Positions 10,502 to 20,844 of a DNA stretch of 64,000 nucleotides are shown piece by piece; the stretch's first letter is position 1, and each line of letters starts with the position of its first letter. The stretch covers positions 7,235-71,234 of the forward strand of contig CAVPNF010000013.1 in assembly GCA_963706775.1 (NCBI GenBank), written 5' to 3'. A program made the translations under genes and the position numbers. Below the pieces are notes generated by a model, which was not told the origin of the DNA, did not search any database, and saw only the letters and a list, made by a program, of their open reading frames with translations. The stretch is from an uncultured Chitinophagaceae bacterium. Its GTDB lineage: Bacteria > Bacteroidota > Bacteroidia > Chitinophagales > Chitinophagaceae.

Positions 10502-10942
10502 TTAATAATAAAGAATAATTTTTGGGGAAGATACCGTGTCGCTCACATGTTTGGCCTGGTCCTTCAACGCGAACCTAAATACAGCAGTATCGTTTTGCTG
10601 GCATTGAGGCGCAATATTTGTATACTGCTGGCCAGCATTATAACCGAACGTTACAATTATATCACCATCCTGATTTTTGGAAGCAGGGAAAGGAGGAATC
10701 GCAAATTTAGAAGGTACAGAACTTGCAGCACAGTTCGGTACAATTTGATCAACATAAATAGAATCTGTTAAATCGCCTTCGGCATCTGTAAAAGACAAAG
10801 TGAATTGCAAAAGCTGGCCAGCGACTAAGTTGGTAGTGTTAACAGATTTAAATTTGAGCGTGGGTGTAGAACTGAACTTTTTTTTACTACAACCCGCTAG
10901 TATCGCAAATAAGAATATTGAAAATAAAATAGTGTATCGCAT
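10502..10942 (-). CDS. Hypothetical lipoprotein
   Basis: Lipobox LAGC, beta-rich domain with FTDAEGD and D..G..S pattern. Confidence 0.75.
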   Translation of the reverse strand: MRYTILFSIFLFAILAGCSKKKFSSTPTLKFKSVNTTNLVAGQLLQFTLSFTDAEGDLTDSIYVDQIVPNCAASSVPSKFAIPPFPASKNQDGDIIVTFGYNAGQQYTNIAPQCQQNDTAVFRFALKDQAKHVSDTVSSPKIILYY

Positions 10943-10978
10943 CTTTGTGGTTTAATGTTCAAATTTAATTATTAAAAC

Positions 10979-11998
10979 CTGAATAATACTTTAGAAATAG
11001 CAAACTGGGAAAATAAAATCTTCAAAGCCGCTTATTATAATTTTAATGAGCTGGCCCTGGAAATATTTCAATTACAATACAGGCAAAATACTATTTATAA
11101 CAGATATGTGAATTCGTTAGGCGTGAATCCGCAAAATATTAACGCTATTGAAACAATTCCGTTTTTACCAATTAGTTTTTTCAAAACTCATGAAATAGTA
11201 ACAACTACGTTTGAACCTGAAGTTGTTTTTGAGAGCAGTGGCACCACGGGAGAAAACACCAGCCGGCACCTTGTGAAAAGCTTATCTCTTTATAACAGGA
11301 GTTTCACAAAAGCATTTGAGCTTTTTTATGGTAAACCTAAATCATGGTGTATCCTGGGATTGCTGCCCGGCTATCTTGAAAGAAAGAATTCTTCGCTGGT
11401 AGCAATGGTGAATGATCTTATTGGCCAATCCGATAACAGTTTCAGCGGATTTTATTTACATGATCACGAAAACCTTTACCGCGCACTGGCACATAACGAG
11501 ATCATCGGACAACCGACTTTGCTTATTGGCGTAACATTTTCATTAATGGATTTTGCGGAAAAATTTTCAATGAAACTCGAACACACGATCGTAATGGAAA
11601 CCGGAGGAATGAAGGGAAGGCGCGAAGAACTTACGCGTAGTGAAGTGCATGAATTTTTACAAAAAAAATTAGGAATAAAGGTGGTTCATTCAGAATATGG
11701 AATGACAGAATTGCTGTCGCAGGCTTATTCAAAGGAAGGAGGAATATTTTTTTGTCCGCCCTGGATGAAGGTGTTGGCAAGAGAATACAACGATCCGTTT
11801 GCCATTACTTCAAAGCCAGGATCCGAACGTCCCGTGAATGGATTGTTGAATATAATCGATCTGGCAAATCTTTATTCTTGTTCATTTATTGCAACGGATG
11901 ATGTAGGAAAAATTTATAAAAATGAATCCTTTGAAGTTTTAGGAAGATTGGATGTTGCCGATATGCGCGGCTGTAGTTTGATGACAGCGGGGGATTGA
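10979..11998 (+). CDS. LuxE/acyl-protein synthetase-like acyltransferase
   Basis: FESSGTTG, METGGMKGRR, SEYGMTELLSQAY, LGR....RGCSL. The frame stays open upstream of the called GTG at 11108 (FNELALEIFQLQY) back to CTG at 10979, so the start is uncertain. Confidence 0.82.
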   Translation: MNNTLEIANWENKIFKAAYYNFNELALEIFQLQYRQNTIYNRYVNSLGVNPQNINAIETIPFLPISFFKTHEIVTTTFEPEVVFESSGTTGENTSRHLVKSLSLYNRSFTKAFELFYGKPKSWCILGLLPGYLERKNSSLVAMVNDLIGQSDNSFSGFYLHDHENLYRALAHNEIIGQPTLLIGVTFSLMDFAEKFSMKLEHTIVMETGGMKGRREELTRSEVHEFLQKKLGIKVVHSEYGMTELLSQAYSKEGGIFFCPPWMKVLAREYNDPFAITSKPGSERPVNGLLNIIDLANLYSCSFIATDDVGKIYKNESFEVLGRLDVADMRGCSLMTAGD

Positions 11999-12090
11999 AG
12001 ATTTCGTAACGATTCAATATTTTTTGCATAGATTTTCAGGAAGAGATATTTTGGCTAAAGCGCATGAAATCTTTTTTTTAATAACAAACG

Positions 12091-12600
12091 ATGATCGAGG
12101 AAATTGAAACACATCCCTTTAAAGCTTATGTTCCGGAAAATGCAACTGTCATCATTGTGGGAAGCTTTCCCGGGAGGGAAATAACACATAAAGAATTGAG
12201 TGAAGATGAATGGTTTTATGGATCCAAAAGAAACCAATTCTGGAAAATTATTTCAGGAGTTTATGAAGCAGATATTCCTTCCAGGAAAGAAAAGCAAGCG
12301 CTTTTTAAAGAACACGGAATCGGGATTGTTGATATTTTTTTGAAAATAAAAAGGACCCAGAATAATAACATGGATAGCAGCCTTGAAGTAATTGAATTCA
12401 ATGATAAAGAGATAGCAGCAATTCTAAAAAATCCGGGCATTAAGAAAGTCTTTTTCACAAGCCGCTTTGTGGAAAATGTTTTTAAGAAATTATTTCCGGA
12501 AGTTATTATTGGAAAATGCCTTCCCTCCCCTTCGCCGCGATTCGCACGCATGAGCGTGCAAGAAAAAATTGATTATTATAAATTACAATTACCTGATTAA
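12091..12600 (+). CDS. Uracil-DNA glycosylase superfamily (hypoxanthine/deoxyinosine glycosylase-like)
   Basis: IVGSFPG, FYG..RNQFW and LPSPSP motifs. Confidence 0.82.
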   Translation: MIEEIETHPFKAYVPENATVIIVGSFPGREITHKELSEDEWFYGSKRNQFWKIISGVYEADIPSRKEKQALFKEHGIGIVDIFLKIKRTQNNNMDSSLEVIEFNDKEIAAILKNPGIKKVFFTSRFVENVFKKLFPEVIIGKCLPSPSPRFARMSVQEKIDYYKLQLPD

Positions 12601-12664
12601 CAACACCGGTGTTTGCGGGTTCACATGATCTTATTAAAAATTTGTAATGACGTTTTTAAAATGT

Positions 12665-12690
12665 CAAAAACTACATTTTGGGTTTTAAGA
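12665..12690 (+). repeat. Dispersed 26-bp motif copy 5
   Basis: CAAAA ACTACA TTTTGGGTTTT AAGA. Confidence 0.7.
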
Positions 12691-12850
12691 GCTGTAAATT
12701 CGCACGTTCGCCAACTCGGGCTCATGTCTTTGGCCAACGTTTCCAGGCCAGGATATTTTTATCATTTTTCCATCTAATCTTACCGATTTGCTCAATCGGA
12801 AAAACCCATTTTCGGTATTAATAAAAGAATAAAGTCAGATGACAAAACAG

Positions 12851-12876
12851 TAAAATCTATATTTTGACTTACCAGG
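12851..12876 (+). repeat. Dispersed 26-bp motif copy 6
   Basis: TAAAA TCTATA TTTTGACTTAC CAGG. Confidence 0.65.
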
Positions 12877-12983
12877 ATTACTTCCCAAAACATTTAAAAA
12901 CCATTGCTTAAAAATTGATAAAGAAGATCATTGTGCTGAAAGATTCCCAGGCAAATGAACTATCTTTTTCCGCGTCAAAAATT

Positions 12984-14735
12984 TTAAGCCTTGTTGCTAA
13001 AAGGCGCAACGTTTAGTGTAAAGGAAAAAACACTCCCGGCGCCGAATTCAGAAGTTACATAGAGTTGCCCGCCCTGGGCCTCCATGAATTCTTTGCTGAT
13101 TGAAAGCCCCAACCCTGTCCCCTCCTTTTTTGTGCCGGGAATCCTGAAATAACGATCGAATACTCTATCAACGTATTGGGGCGCAATCCCCTGGCCGGTA
13201 TCGGTTACGGAGAATCGTATTTTTTTATCTTCATTTTTCACATCAATAAATATCACGGAATTATCGTAGGAATAACGAATAGCATTACTCAATAAATTAT
13301 TTAGCACCCATGAACTTTTCTCATTATCAGCAACAACTTTGGGCAGGTTTTCAGGGATGTTAATCTTAAATGATATTTGCTTTTGTTCGGCAGCGGAGCG
13401 ATTCGCGTTGATCGCAACATCAACAATTTCACCGGGGTCGGAAGGAACAAGATTCATTTGTATGACGCCGCTTTCCAACTGCGACATATTTAATAATTCA
13501 GCTGTAATTTTCAAAAGTCGCGCGGCATCGTCCCTGATACTTTCGATAAGACCATCCTGCTCAGAATTTAAATCGCCAATCTTTTTATTTTTCAATAATT
13601 CAAGACTCATTTTGATGGAAGCAATTGGCGTTTTTAATTCATGAGAAACCGTCGCAATAAAGTTTGTTTTCGCAAAATCCAGTTCTTTATAAAGCGTTAT
13701 GTTTTGCAATAAAATGACGGTGCCTATTTGCTTTTCTCCCTTTTCGCCGGTGGGAATAATTTTAATAGGAATAATCTCCTTTTCAAAATAGCTTTCCTTA
13801 TTATCAGCATAGATTTTCACGGGCAACGGCTTGACTTTATTTTGCTGCGGAGTTTTGTCAAAAAGTTCCTGCACTAGAATTCTGATTAAATCATTGTGCA
13901 TAGCAATATCCTGAACGGCTTTACCAATAACATTCTCAGCGCTCAGGCCAGCTATTTTTAAAGCCACATTATTCATGAAAAGAATTTTTTTATTTTCATC
14001 CAAACCAATTACAGGATCCTTCAAATTATTGATCAACGTTTCGATCCTTTTCTTTTCCATGAACAGGCTCTCAAGATTAGCCGCTTTAAATTCTTCAAGC
14101 TTTTCAGCCATGGTATTGAACGCTTCGGCCAATTCACCAAACTCATCATGATTGTCGAAATGAACCCTTTGCGAATAATTTTCCGCAGCAATTTCTTTTA
14201 TGCTGGTAGTTAGTTCTTTTATCGGATTACCAATGTTTCCGGGCAAATTAAATAACAGTATTAGTGCAATCAGAAAACAAATGGCTCCGGCAAATGACAC
14301 CCATAAGATGGCTGACTCCGCAGTGCTTTGAGCCACAGTGTTCTTCCGCTGAATAGCCTGCATGTTAAGAAGCATGATCGCCGTAAGGTCTTGTTCGAGT
14401 GAAGAGAATCCAACAGTTTCGGGCGTGGAATTTTTTATATTTTCAAAATCATGGGCTAATTTATCGGTCAAATCTTTCTCACCCACTTCCGTTTCATTCA
14501 TTTGTTGTTTGGCAAGATTGAGCTCAAAATCTTTTTTATTTCCCGCATCTCCAATGCCTTTATTCAATGCATTGAGCATTTGACGGCAATAGTCAACACT
14601 ATTATAGTTGTCGGCAAGGATGTTTTTGGAATCATCTGCGAGCCGGTGAATAAATACACTGCTCAACACGGTAAGTAGTGCGATCATGGCAAACAAAAGC
14701 CCGATTCCCAGGAAAAGCTTTGCCTTAATTTTCAC
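12984..14735 (-). CDS. HAMP/PAS sensor histidine kinase (kinase half of split KdpD system)
   Basis: Two TM segments, HAMP, SHELKTP H-box, NLLSNA N-box, DTGQGI and GTGLGL G-boxes. Adjacent to kdp genes. Confidence 0.9.
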   Translation of the reverse strand: MKIKAKLFLGIGLLFAMIALLTVLSSVFIHRLADDSKNILADNYNSVDYCRQMLNALNKGIGDAGNKKDFELNLAKQQMNETEVGEKDLTDKLAHDFENIKNSTPETVGFSSLEQDLTAIMLLNMQAIQRKNTVAQSTAESAILWVSFAGAICFLIALILLFNLPGNIGNPIKELTTSIKEIAAENYSQRVHFDNHDEFGELAEAFNTMAEKLEEFKAANLESLFMEKKRIETLINNLKDPVIGLDENKKILFMNNVALKIAGLSAENVIGKAVQDIAMHNDLIRILVQELFDKTPQQNKVKPLPVKIYADNKESYFEKEIIPIKIIPTGEKGEKQIGTVILLQNITLYKELDFAKTNFIATVSHELKTPIASIKMSLELLKNKKIGDLNSEQDGLIESIRDDAARLLKITAELLNMSQLESGVIQMNLVPSDPGEIVDVAINANRSAAEQKQISFKINIPENLPKVVADNEKSSWVLNNLLSNAIRYSYDNSVIFIDVKNEDKKIRFSVTDTGQGIAPQYVDRVFDRYFRIPGTKKEGTGLGLSISKEFMEAQGGQLYVTSEFGAGSVFSFTLNVAPFSNKA

Positions 14736-14906
14736 GGAAAAAGATTTGATGATTGGAAGTTGACGATGAATATTTGATCGGTTTCCAAACGATTTTGAAT
14801 TTTGTTTTCATTTTTAAACTATTTGAATCCGGTACTTCGACGATCATAGATTTCTTTGATGAAACCTTAATAACAAACCAGGATCACTTTGTTGCCATCC
14901 CTAAAG

Positions 14907-16030
14907 TTAACTAAGCACTACCAGATCAATATCGCTTATTGATAATTTTTTCAACAAATCATTGAAAACATTGGTAGCAAGGATCACCCGCAGTAAATTT
15001 AGATGTGGCCTGCCAATACAAATTGTCGTTATGTTTCTTTCCTCACTTTGTTCAATGATTGCTTTGGCGACACTTGTGTGCTGAATTTTAATTATTTCTG
15101 CACCCAATTCTGTAGCCAGCTTAAAATTATTAATCAGATGCCTTTGTTTATCGAGAGGAATTTTATCAGCAGATTCTTTTGGTGTTTGCACATACAATAC
15201 ATACCATTTGCTGTTGTAATAGTTCACGAGCCGCGCGGTTTTCCTGATCACTATTTTTGCAGTCGTGTCATTGGAACTGATACATGCTAAAAACTTTTCC
15301 GGCTTCATCGCATTTGCCGGGGTCACTTCTGTCTCAACCTTTCGTTCCACCTGGGAAGCCACCTCTTGTAATGCAAGTTGCCTCAATTGAAGAATATGCT
15401 CACTTTTAAAAAAATTGCGAAGCGCAGTATCAATTTTTGAGGCCTCGTAAATCTTGCCCTCTTTCAGGCGAGCGATCAAATCATCAGAGGTGAGGTCAAT
15501 ATTTACCACTTCATCTGCTTGTGCGATTACGCTATCGGGGATACGTTCTTTTACTTCTACTCCTGTGATTGCTTTGACTTCATCGTTCAGGCTTTCTATA
15601 TGCTGGATATTTACAGCGCTGATTACATTAATTCCGGCATCTAAAATGTCCATTACATCCTGCCAGCGCTTTTCATTTTTGCTACCTTCAATATTAGTAT
15701 GCGCCAGCTCATCTACAATGACTACTTCGGGCCTCAAGTTGATAACCGCTGCCACATCAAGATCTTCCAGTTCCTTTCCTTTGTAAAATAATTTTCTCCT
15801 GGGAATCAATGGCAATCCCTCCAGTAAATCATGTGTTTCTTTGCGATGGTGTGTTTCTATGTAGCCAATCTTTACATCGATTCCATTTCTCAGCAGCGCG
15901 TGTGCTTCCTGAGCATACGAAAAGTCTTACCCACACCGGCACTCATGCCAATGTAGATCTTGAATTTTCCCCGTCGTGATTTTTTGATCAGGTCCAGAAA
16001 TTCAAGTGCTGATTTTTTCGATTCTTCCAT
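14907..16030 (-). CDS. kdpD: KdpD N-terminal sensor + Usp domain protein, with one -1 frameshift near 15910
   Basis: From ATG 16030: MEESKKSALEFLDLIKKSRRGKFKIYIGMSAGVGKTFRML. CTCAGGAA lacks one C of CTC CAG GAA. The continuation has VDELAHTN and KRWQDV. Confidence 0.88.
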
Positions 16031-16100
16031 TGTTAAAAGATACTGCCAAAGAAGTTGTTATAAAAAAATTACTATTTTCCAGTAGGTTGCTCACGTTAGT

Positions 16101-16664
16101 TTATTTTAAATTATCTAATGCAAGATTTAGTTTAAGCACATTAATTTTTTCAGGCCCAAACATTCCACCCAAAGGTTTTTCTGTATTTGAAATTATTAAT
16201 TGTTGCAGATTTTCTTCATCAATACTACGTATCCTGGCAATTCGTTTTATTTGAACGGTTGCGGCTTGTACAGAAATATTTGGGTCAAGGCCACTCCCAC
16301 TGGCGGTTACCAGATCAGCAGGAATTTCCGATTTACTTACACCAGGATTATGCACTAAAAAACTATCAATTCTGGCCTGCACTGTTTTTAAATATTCAGG
16401 ATTGGAAGGGCCTTTATTGCTACCGCCCGAACCCGCGGCATTGTAGTCAACCGCAGACGGACGACCCCAGAAATATTTATCCTCTGTAAATTTTTGACCA
16501 ATATTAGCATAGCCAACTACTTTTCCATTTACACTTAGCGTTTCACCTTTGCCGTTACCAGGAGCTAATTTTGCAACTCCGGCAATGAATAAAGGGTAAA
16601 GTCCGGCCAGGATGATAATCATCACAACCGTAAGTTTTAAGGATGTTAAAAGATATTTTTTCAT
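16101..16664 (-). CDS. kdpC: K+-transporting ATPase subunit C
   Basis: IGQKFT...YFWGRPSA, SGGSNKGP and VTASGSGLDPNIS motifs. Confidence 0.95.
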   Translation of the reverse strand: MKKYLLTSLKLTVVMIIILAGLYPLFIAGVAKLAPGNGKGETLSVNGKVVGYANIGQKFTEDKYFWGRPSAVDYNAAGSGGSNKGPSNPEYLKTVQARIDSFLVHNPGVSKSEIPADLVTASGSGLDPNISVQAATVQIKRIARIRSIDEENLQQLIISNTEKPLGGMFGPEKINVLKLNLALDNLK

Positions 16665-16701
16665 TTTATTAATTTTTTAATATTTTTTAATACTTGTTTT
16701 G

Positions 16702-18750
16702 CTACATGAATAAACTCAGGGCCAGATCAATTATTTTTATGCCAATGAATGGCACTATAACCCCGCCCAATCCATAGATCAATAAATTCCTTCTAAGCAA
16801 AGCACTTGCGCCTATTGGTTTATACGCTACGCCCCGCAAAGCCAGTGGAATTAAGAAAGGAATAATAATCGCATTAAAAATTACTGCTGAAAGAATTGCA
16901 CTTTGAGGGCTTGCAAGTCCCATTATATTTAAAGCTTGTAAAGCAGGAATTGTAGTAATGAACAACGCCGGCACGATCGCAAAATATTTTGCTACATCAT
17001 TGGCAATAGAAAATGTGGTAAGTGTTCCTCTTGTCATTAATAATTGTTTTCCTATTTCTACTACTTCAATCAATTTGGTTGGGTCGTTATCTAAGTCGAC
17101 CATATTGCCGGCTTCCTTAGCTGCTGCGGTTCCGCTATTCATAGCTACGCCAACATCAGCTTGTGCCAGGGCCGGAGCATCATTGGTGCCATCGCCCATC
17201 ATGGCAACCAATTTTCCATCCTGTTGTTCCTTTTTTATGTAGTTCATTTTATCTTCCGGCTTTGCTTCGGCAATAAAATCATCTACACCTGCTTTTTCTG
17301 CAATGAACTTTGCAGTTAAAGGATTATCGCCGGTTACCATGACTGTTTTTATTCCCATCTTACGCAAGCGTTCAAACCTTTCTTTGATGCCGGTTTTAAT
17401 AATATCCTGCAATTCAATTACACCCAACACTTTTCCGCTATCGCTTACTACCAGGGGCGTTCCGCCATTCGATGCTATTTCATTAACTTTAAATTCAGTT
17501 TCAGCGGGAAAAGAAAACCCTTTTGAAAGCGCTAACTTTTTTATGGAATCAGACGCACCCTTTCTTATACTTCTTCCACCGGCTAATTCAACTCCACTGC
17601 TCCTGGTTTCAGCAGTAAATTTTATCATTTTTGCACCTTGAACAGACAAGTCTTTGACGATGTCATTACCAGCTAATTCAACAATTGATTTTCCTTCCGG
17701 TGTCTCATCTGCAAGAGAACTTAGCGCAGCGGCTTTTATAAATTCCAGCCGGTCTATTCCATTTGCAGGATAAAAATTGGTTGCCTTCCGGTTACCAATA
17801 GTAATGGTGCCGGTTTTATCTAATAATAATGTATCAATGTCTCCGGCGGTCTCAACGGCTTTACCACTTTTGGTAATTACATTTGCTCTTAATGCCCTGT
17901 CCATCCCTGCTATCCCAATAGCACTTAAAAGCCCGCCAATGGTAGTTGGTATAAGGCAAACATATAAGGAAACAAAAGCTGCAATGGTTATGGGCGTATT
18001 GGCGTAATCTGCAAATGGCTTTAAGGTTACACAAACAATTAAAAATATGATAGTGAAGCTTGCCAATAGAATAGTCAATGCAATTTCATTGGGTGTTTTT
18101 TGACGGCTGGCGCCTTCTACCAATGCGATCATTTTATCTAAAAAACTTTCGCCGGGAGAAGTAGTAACACGGACTTTAATTTTATCAGATAATACTTTTG
18201 TACCACCGGTAACAGAAGACTTGTCACCACCGCTTTCTCTGATAACCGGGGCGCTTTCGCCTGTAATGGCGCTTTCATCAATAGTGGCTATACCCTGGAT
18301 GATTTCTCCGTCCATTGGTATGATATCACCTGTTTCACAAAGAAAAACATCGCCTTTAATTAATTGAGAAGAAGGAACTATTTTAACTTCGTTGGTAAAA
18401 GTTTCTCCGATTAAAAATATTTTCTTTGCAGGAGTTTCCTCTCTCGTTTTTCTTAAACTGTTTGCCTGGGCTTTACCTCTTGCTTCTGCAATAGCTTCCG
18501 CAAAATTTGCAAACAGAACTGTTATCAATAACACGGCAAAAATTACCAGGTTATAAATCAAACTGCCTTGTGATTTTTCTCCTGTCCATATCCAAATACA
18601 CACACCCAGCATGATGAATGTTCCTACTTCTACTGTAAACATTACAGGATTACGAACCATCTTTGCCGGATTTAATTTTATAAAAGATTCCCTGAGCGAT
18701 TTCGCAATCAGCTCTTTTGGGAATAAAGAATTATTTTGATCTTTTTTCAT
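16702..18750 (-). CDS. kdpB: K+-transporting ATPase subunit B
   Basis: [22 protein letters not shown] and GDGTND P-type ATPase motifs. Confidence 0.97.
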   Translation of the reverse strand: MKKDQNNSLFPKELIAKSLRESFIKLNPAKMVRNPVMFTVEVGTFIMLGVCIWIWTGEKSQGSLIYNLVIFAVLLITVLFANFAEAIAEARGKAQANSLRKTREETPAKKIFLIGETFTNEVKIVPSSQLIKGDVFLCETGDIIPMDGEIIQGIATIDESAITGESAPVIRESGGDKSSVTGGTKVLSDKIKVRVTTSPGESFLDKMIALVEGASRQKTPNEIALTILLASFTIIFLIVCVTLKPFADYANTPITIAAFVSLYVCLIPTTIGGLLSAIGIAGMDRALRANVITKSGKAVETAGDIDTLLLDKTGTITIGNRKATNFYPANGIDRLEFIKAAALSSLADETPEGKSIVELAGNDIVKDLSVQGAKMIKFTAETRSSGVELAGGRSIRKGASDSIKKLALSKGFSFPAETEFKVNEIASNGGTPLVVSDSGKVLGVIELQDIIKTGIKERFERLRKMGIKTVMVTGDNPLTAKFIAEKAGVDDFIAEAKPEDKMNYIKKEQQDGKLVAMMGDGTNDAPALAQADVGVAMNSGTAAAKEAGNMVDLDNDPTKLIEVVEIGKQLLMTRGTLTTFSIANDVAKYFAIVPALFITTIPALQALNIMGLASPQSAILSAVIFNAIIIPFLIPLALRGVAYKPIGASALLRRNLLIYGLGGVIVPFIGIKIIDLALSLFM

Positions 18751-18769
18751 CTTTATTTTTTTTATTGCT

Positions 18770-20485
18770 TTATTTCATCCCTAAAAATTCTGCTATCGGG
18801 CCCAACACGAGCGGCGGAAAATAGGATAATGCAGTTATGATGAAAATCACTGCAAACGTCATAATGCCGAATGTGACCGAATCAACTTTTAATGTACCTG
18901 CAGATTCAGGAATATATTTTTTATTGGCCATTAACCCAACAATTGCTATAGGGCCAATAATCGGAATATACCTATCGAGTATCATTATCAAACCTTGCGT
19001 TACATTCCAGAAAATATTATTTCCGGTAAGTCCTGCCAGGGCGCTCCCATTATTGGCATTGGGAGAGACGACCGCATAAAACATTTCCGAAAAACCATGA
19101 AAGCCCGGGTTATTAAGCCAGCCTGAAGGTTTAAAAGCCCAGTCCGCGTTTGCGTGATGAAGCAAGATATAACAGGCAATAGCTGTTCCACCCTTGATGA
19201 GAAATGCAGCCAATAAAGTTACCAACGCGGCGATCTTCACTTCCCTTGCTTCTAACTTGTGTCCCATAAATTCAGGAGTGCGCCCTACCATAAGGCCGGA
19301 TATGAATACGGCAATAATTATGTAAATAAAATAATTAAGAATCCCAACTCCATCACCTCCATAAAAAGCATTTATCAACATACCAAGCATTTGCATCAAA
19401 TTTGACAAAGGCATGGCGCTATCATGCATAGAATTTACTGAGCCTGTGGAAATAATTGTTGTAACTATGCTCCAGTAACCTGATGCGGCAGGGCCAAAAC
19501 GGACTTCCTTCCCTTCCATTGCGCCGGTTGCCTGGCTAATACCCATCTTTGTTATTTCAGGATTACCATGAATCTCACTTACCACTGTAGGAATAACAAG
19601 ACATAACATTCCAATGGTCATGATTCCAAAAATTACGTAGGCAAATTTTTTGCGTTTGATATAAAAACCCAAAGCGAATATCAATGCGATCGGGAGCAGC
19701 ACCTGCGCGATCACTTCCAGCATATTGGTGAAATAAGTTGGATTTTCCAGTGGGTGTGCTGAATTAGCATTAAACCAGCCACCTCCATTTGTTCCCAGGT
19801 GTTTGATGGCAATCATGCCAGCGGCAGGACCTCGCGATACCTGAACCGTATCTCCCTGTAATGTTATAACGGAGTCTTTGCCGTCATAGCTTGCAGGCGT
19901 GCCGTTAAATGCGAGCAACACTGCTATTACAATAGATAAAGGCAATAATATTCTTGTAATTGATTTGATAAAAATGCTCCAGAAGTTGCCGAGGTTATTG
20001 GTGGTTTTATGTTTTAAGCCATTAAACAAACCTACCAGGCAGGCAATACCGGTTGCGGCGCTTACAAATTGTAAAAATGTAATTACAAAAAGCTGGGTAA
20101 GATAAGTGACACCGGTTTCTCCGGAATAATTCTGCCAGTTTGTATTCGTCAGAAAACTGATCGCACTATTAAAACTCAAATCAGGCGTCATATCGGGATT
20201 GCCATCAGGATTAAGCGGCAAATGTGCCTGGTAAAGAAACATGAAGAATGCATACACAAACCACACAAGATTTATTGTAAGCATTGCTTTTAAAAATTGT
20301 TTCCAGTCCATTTCGCCTTCGGGGTTAATGTCGCAAATGCGGTAGATAAGTCTTTCCAACGGCTTCATAAAATCTGTAAACGTTCTTTCACCATTAAATA
20401 CTTTGGCAATATATTTCCCAAGAGGAAAAGCCAAAACAATGGTGATGAGGAAGCTCACGATTATACCTGTCATTTCTGTACTCAT
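18770..20485 (-). CDS. kdpA: K+-transporting ATPase subunit A
   Basis: [36 protein letters not shown] and MVGRTPE motifs. Confidence 0.97.
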   Translation of the reverse strand: MSTEMTGIIVSFLITIVLAFPLGKYIAKVFNGERTFTDFMKPLERLIYRICDINPEGEMDWKQFLKAMLTINLVWFVYAFFMFLYQAHLPLNPDGNPDMTPDLSFNSAISFLTNTNWQNYSGETGVTYLTQLFVITFLQFVSAATGIACLVGLFNGLKHKTTNNLGNFWSIFIKSITRILLPLSIVIAVLLAFNGTPASYDGKDSVITLQGDTVQVSRGPAAGMIAIKHLGTNGGGWFNANSAHPLENPTYFTNMLEVIAQVLLPIALIFALGFYIKRKKFAYVIFGIMTIGMLCLVIPTVVSEIHGNPEITKMGISQATGAMEGKEVRFGPAASGYWSIVTTIISTGSVNSMHDSAMPLSNLMQMLGMLINAFYGGDGVGILNYFIYIIIAVFISGLMVGRTPEFMGHKLEAREVKIAALVTLLAAFLIKGGTAIACYILLHHANADWAFKPSGWLNNPGFHGFSEMFYAVVSPNANNGSALAGLTGNNIFWNVTQGLIMILDRYIPIIGPIAIVGLMANKKYIPESAGTLKVDSVTFGIMTFAVIFIITALSYFPPLVLGPIAEFLGMK

Positions 20486-20504
20486 TTTTACTGATTTTGA
20501 TTTT

Positions 20505-20585
20505 TTAAAATTTCTCTGGTTTTAATAAAACATACACCAGGTATATGCATACAATAATTGAAATGATGAAGAGCGCTGTTATCAT
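20505..20585 (-). CDS. kdpF: K+-transporting ATPase subunit F (26 aa, absent from ORF track)
   Basis: Manual translation MITALFIISIIVCIYLVYVLLKPEKF* shows the Y..Y.L..PEKF signature immediately upstream of kdpA. Confidence 0.9.
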   Translation of the reverse strand: MITALFIISIIVCIYLVYVLLKPEKF

Positions 20586-20603
20586 GATATTTTATTTTAA
20601 GAT

Positions 20604-20687
20604 TTAAATTTTTTCTAAAAAATCTATCGATTTAAAAAATAGCCAGAAGCAAAAAAGGCCAGCAAGGATTAAAATAATTGTCAGCAT
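20604..20687 (-). CDS. 27-aa hydrophobic small protein upstream of kdpF
   Basis: Manual translation MLTIILILAGLFCFWLFFKSIDFLEKI*. It ends 18 nt before the kdpF start. Confidence 0.65.
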   Translation of the reverse strand: MLTIILILAGLFCFWLFFKSIDFLEKI

Positions 20688-20794
20688 AATTTATTTGTTT
20701 ACCAACATTTGACAACTGTTGATCCAACGTGGAGGCAAAGGGCGGGAATTGTTTACTGCAAAGGGTTTGAAGAGAAAGCCTAAATTTCGGCAAC

Positions 20795-20822
20795 AAAAAA
20801 ACCCTTTCGTTTCGAAAGGGTT
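20795..20822 (-). terminator. Terminator after the response regulator
   Basis: AACCCTTTCG-TTT-CGAAAGGGTT hairpin with an A-run on its left (T-run on the minus strand). Confidence 0.7.
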
Positions 20823-20844
20823 GCACTATCATTTTGAAAGGATC

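Noticed and set aside
20705-20730. Possible sigma54 promoter TGGATC-AACAG-TTGT (minus strand) upstream of the kdp operon
   Set aside because: The -12 element is GT rather than GC and the -24 context is poor. Too weak to list as a feature.
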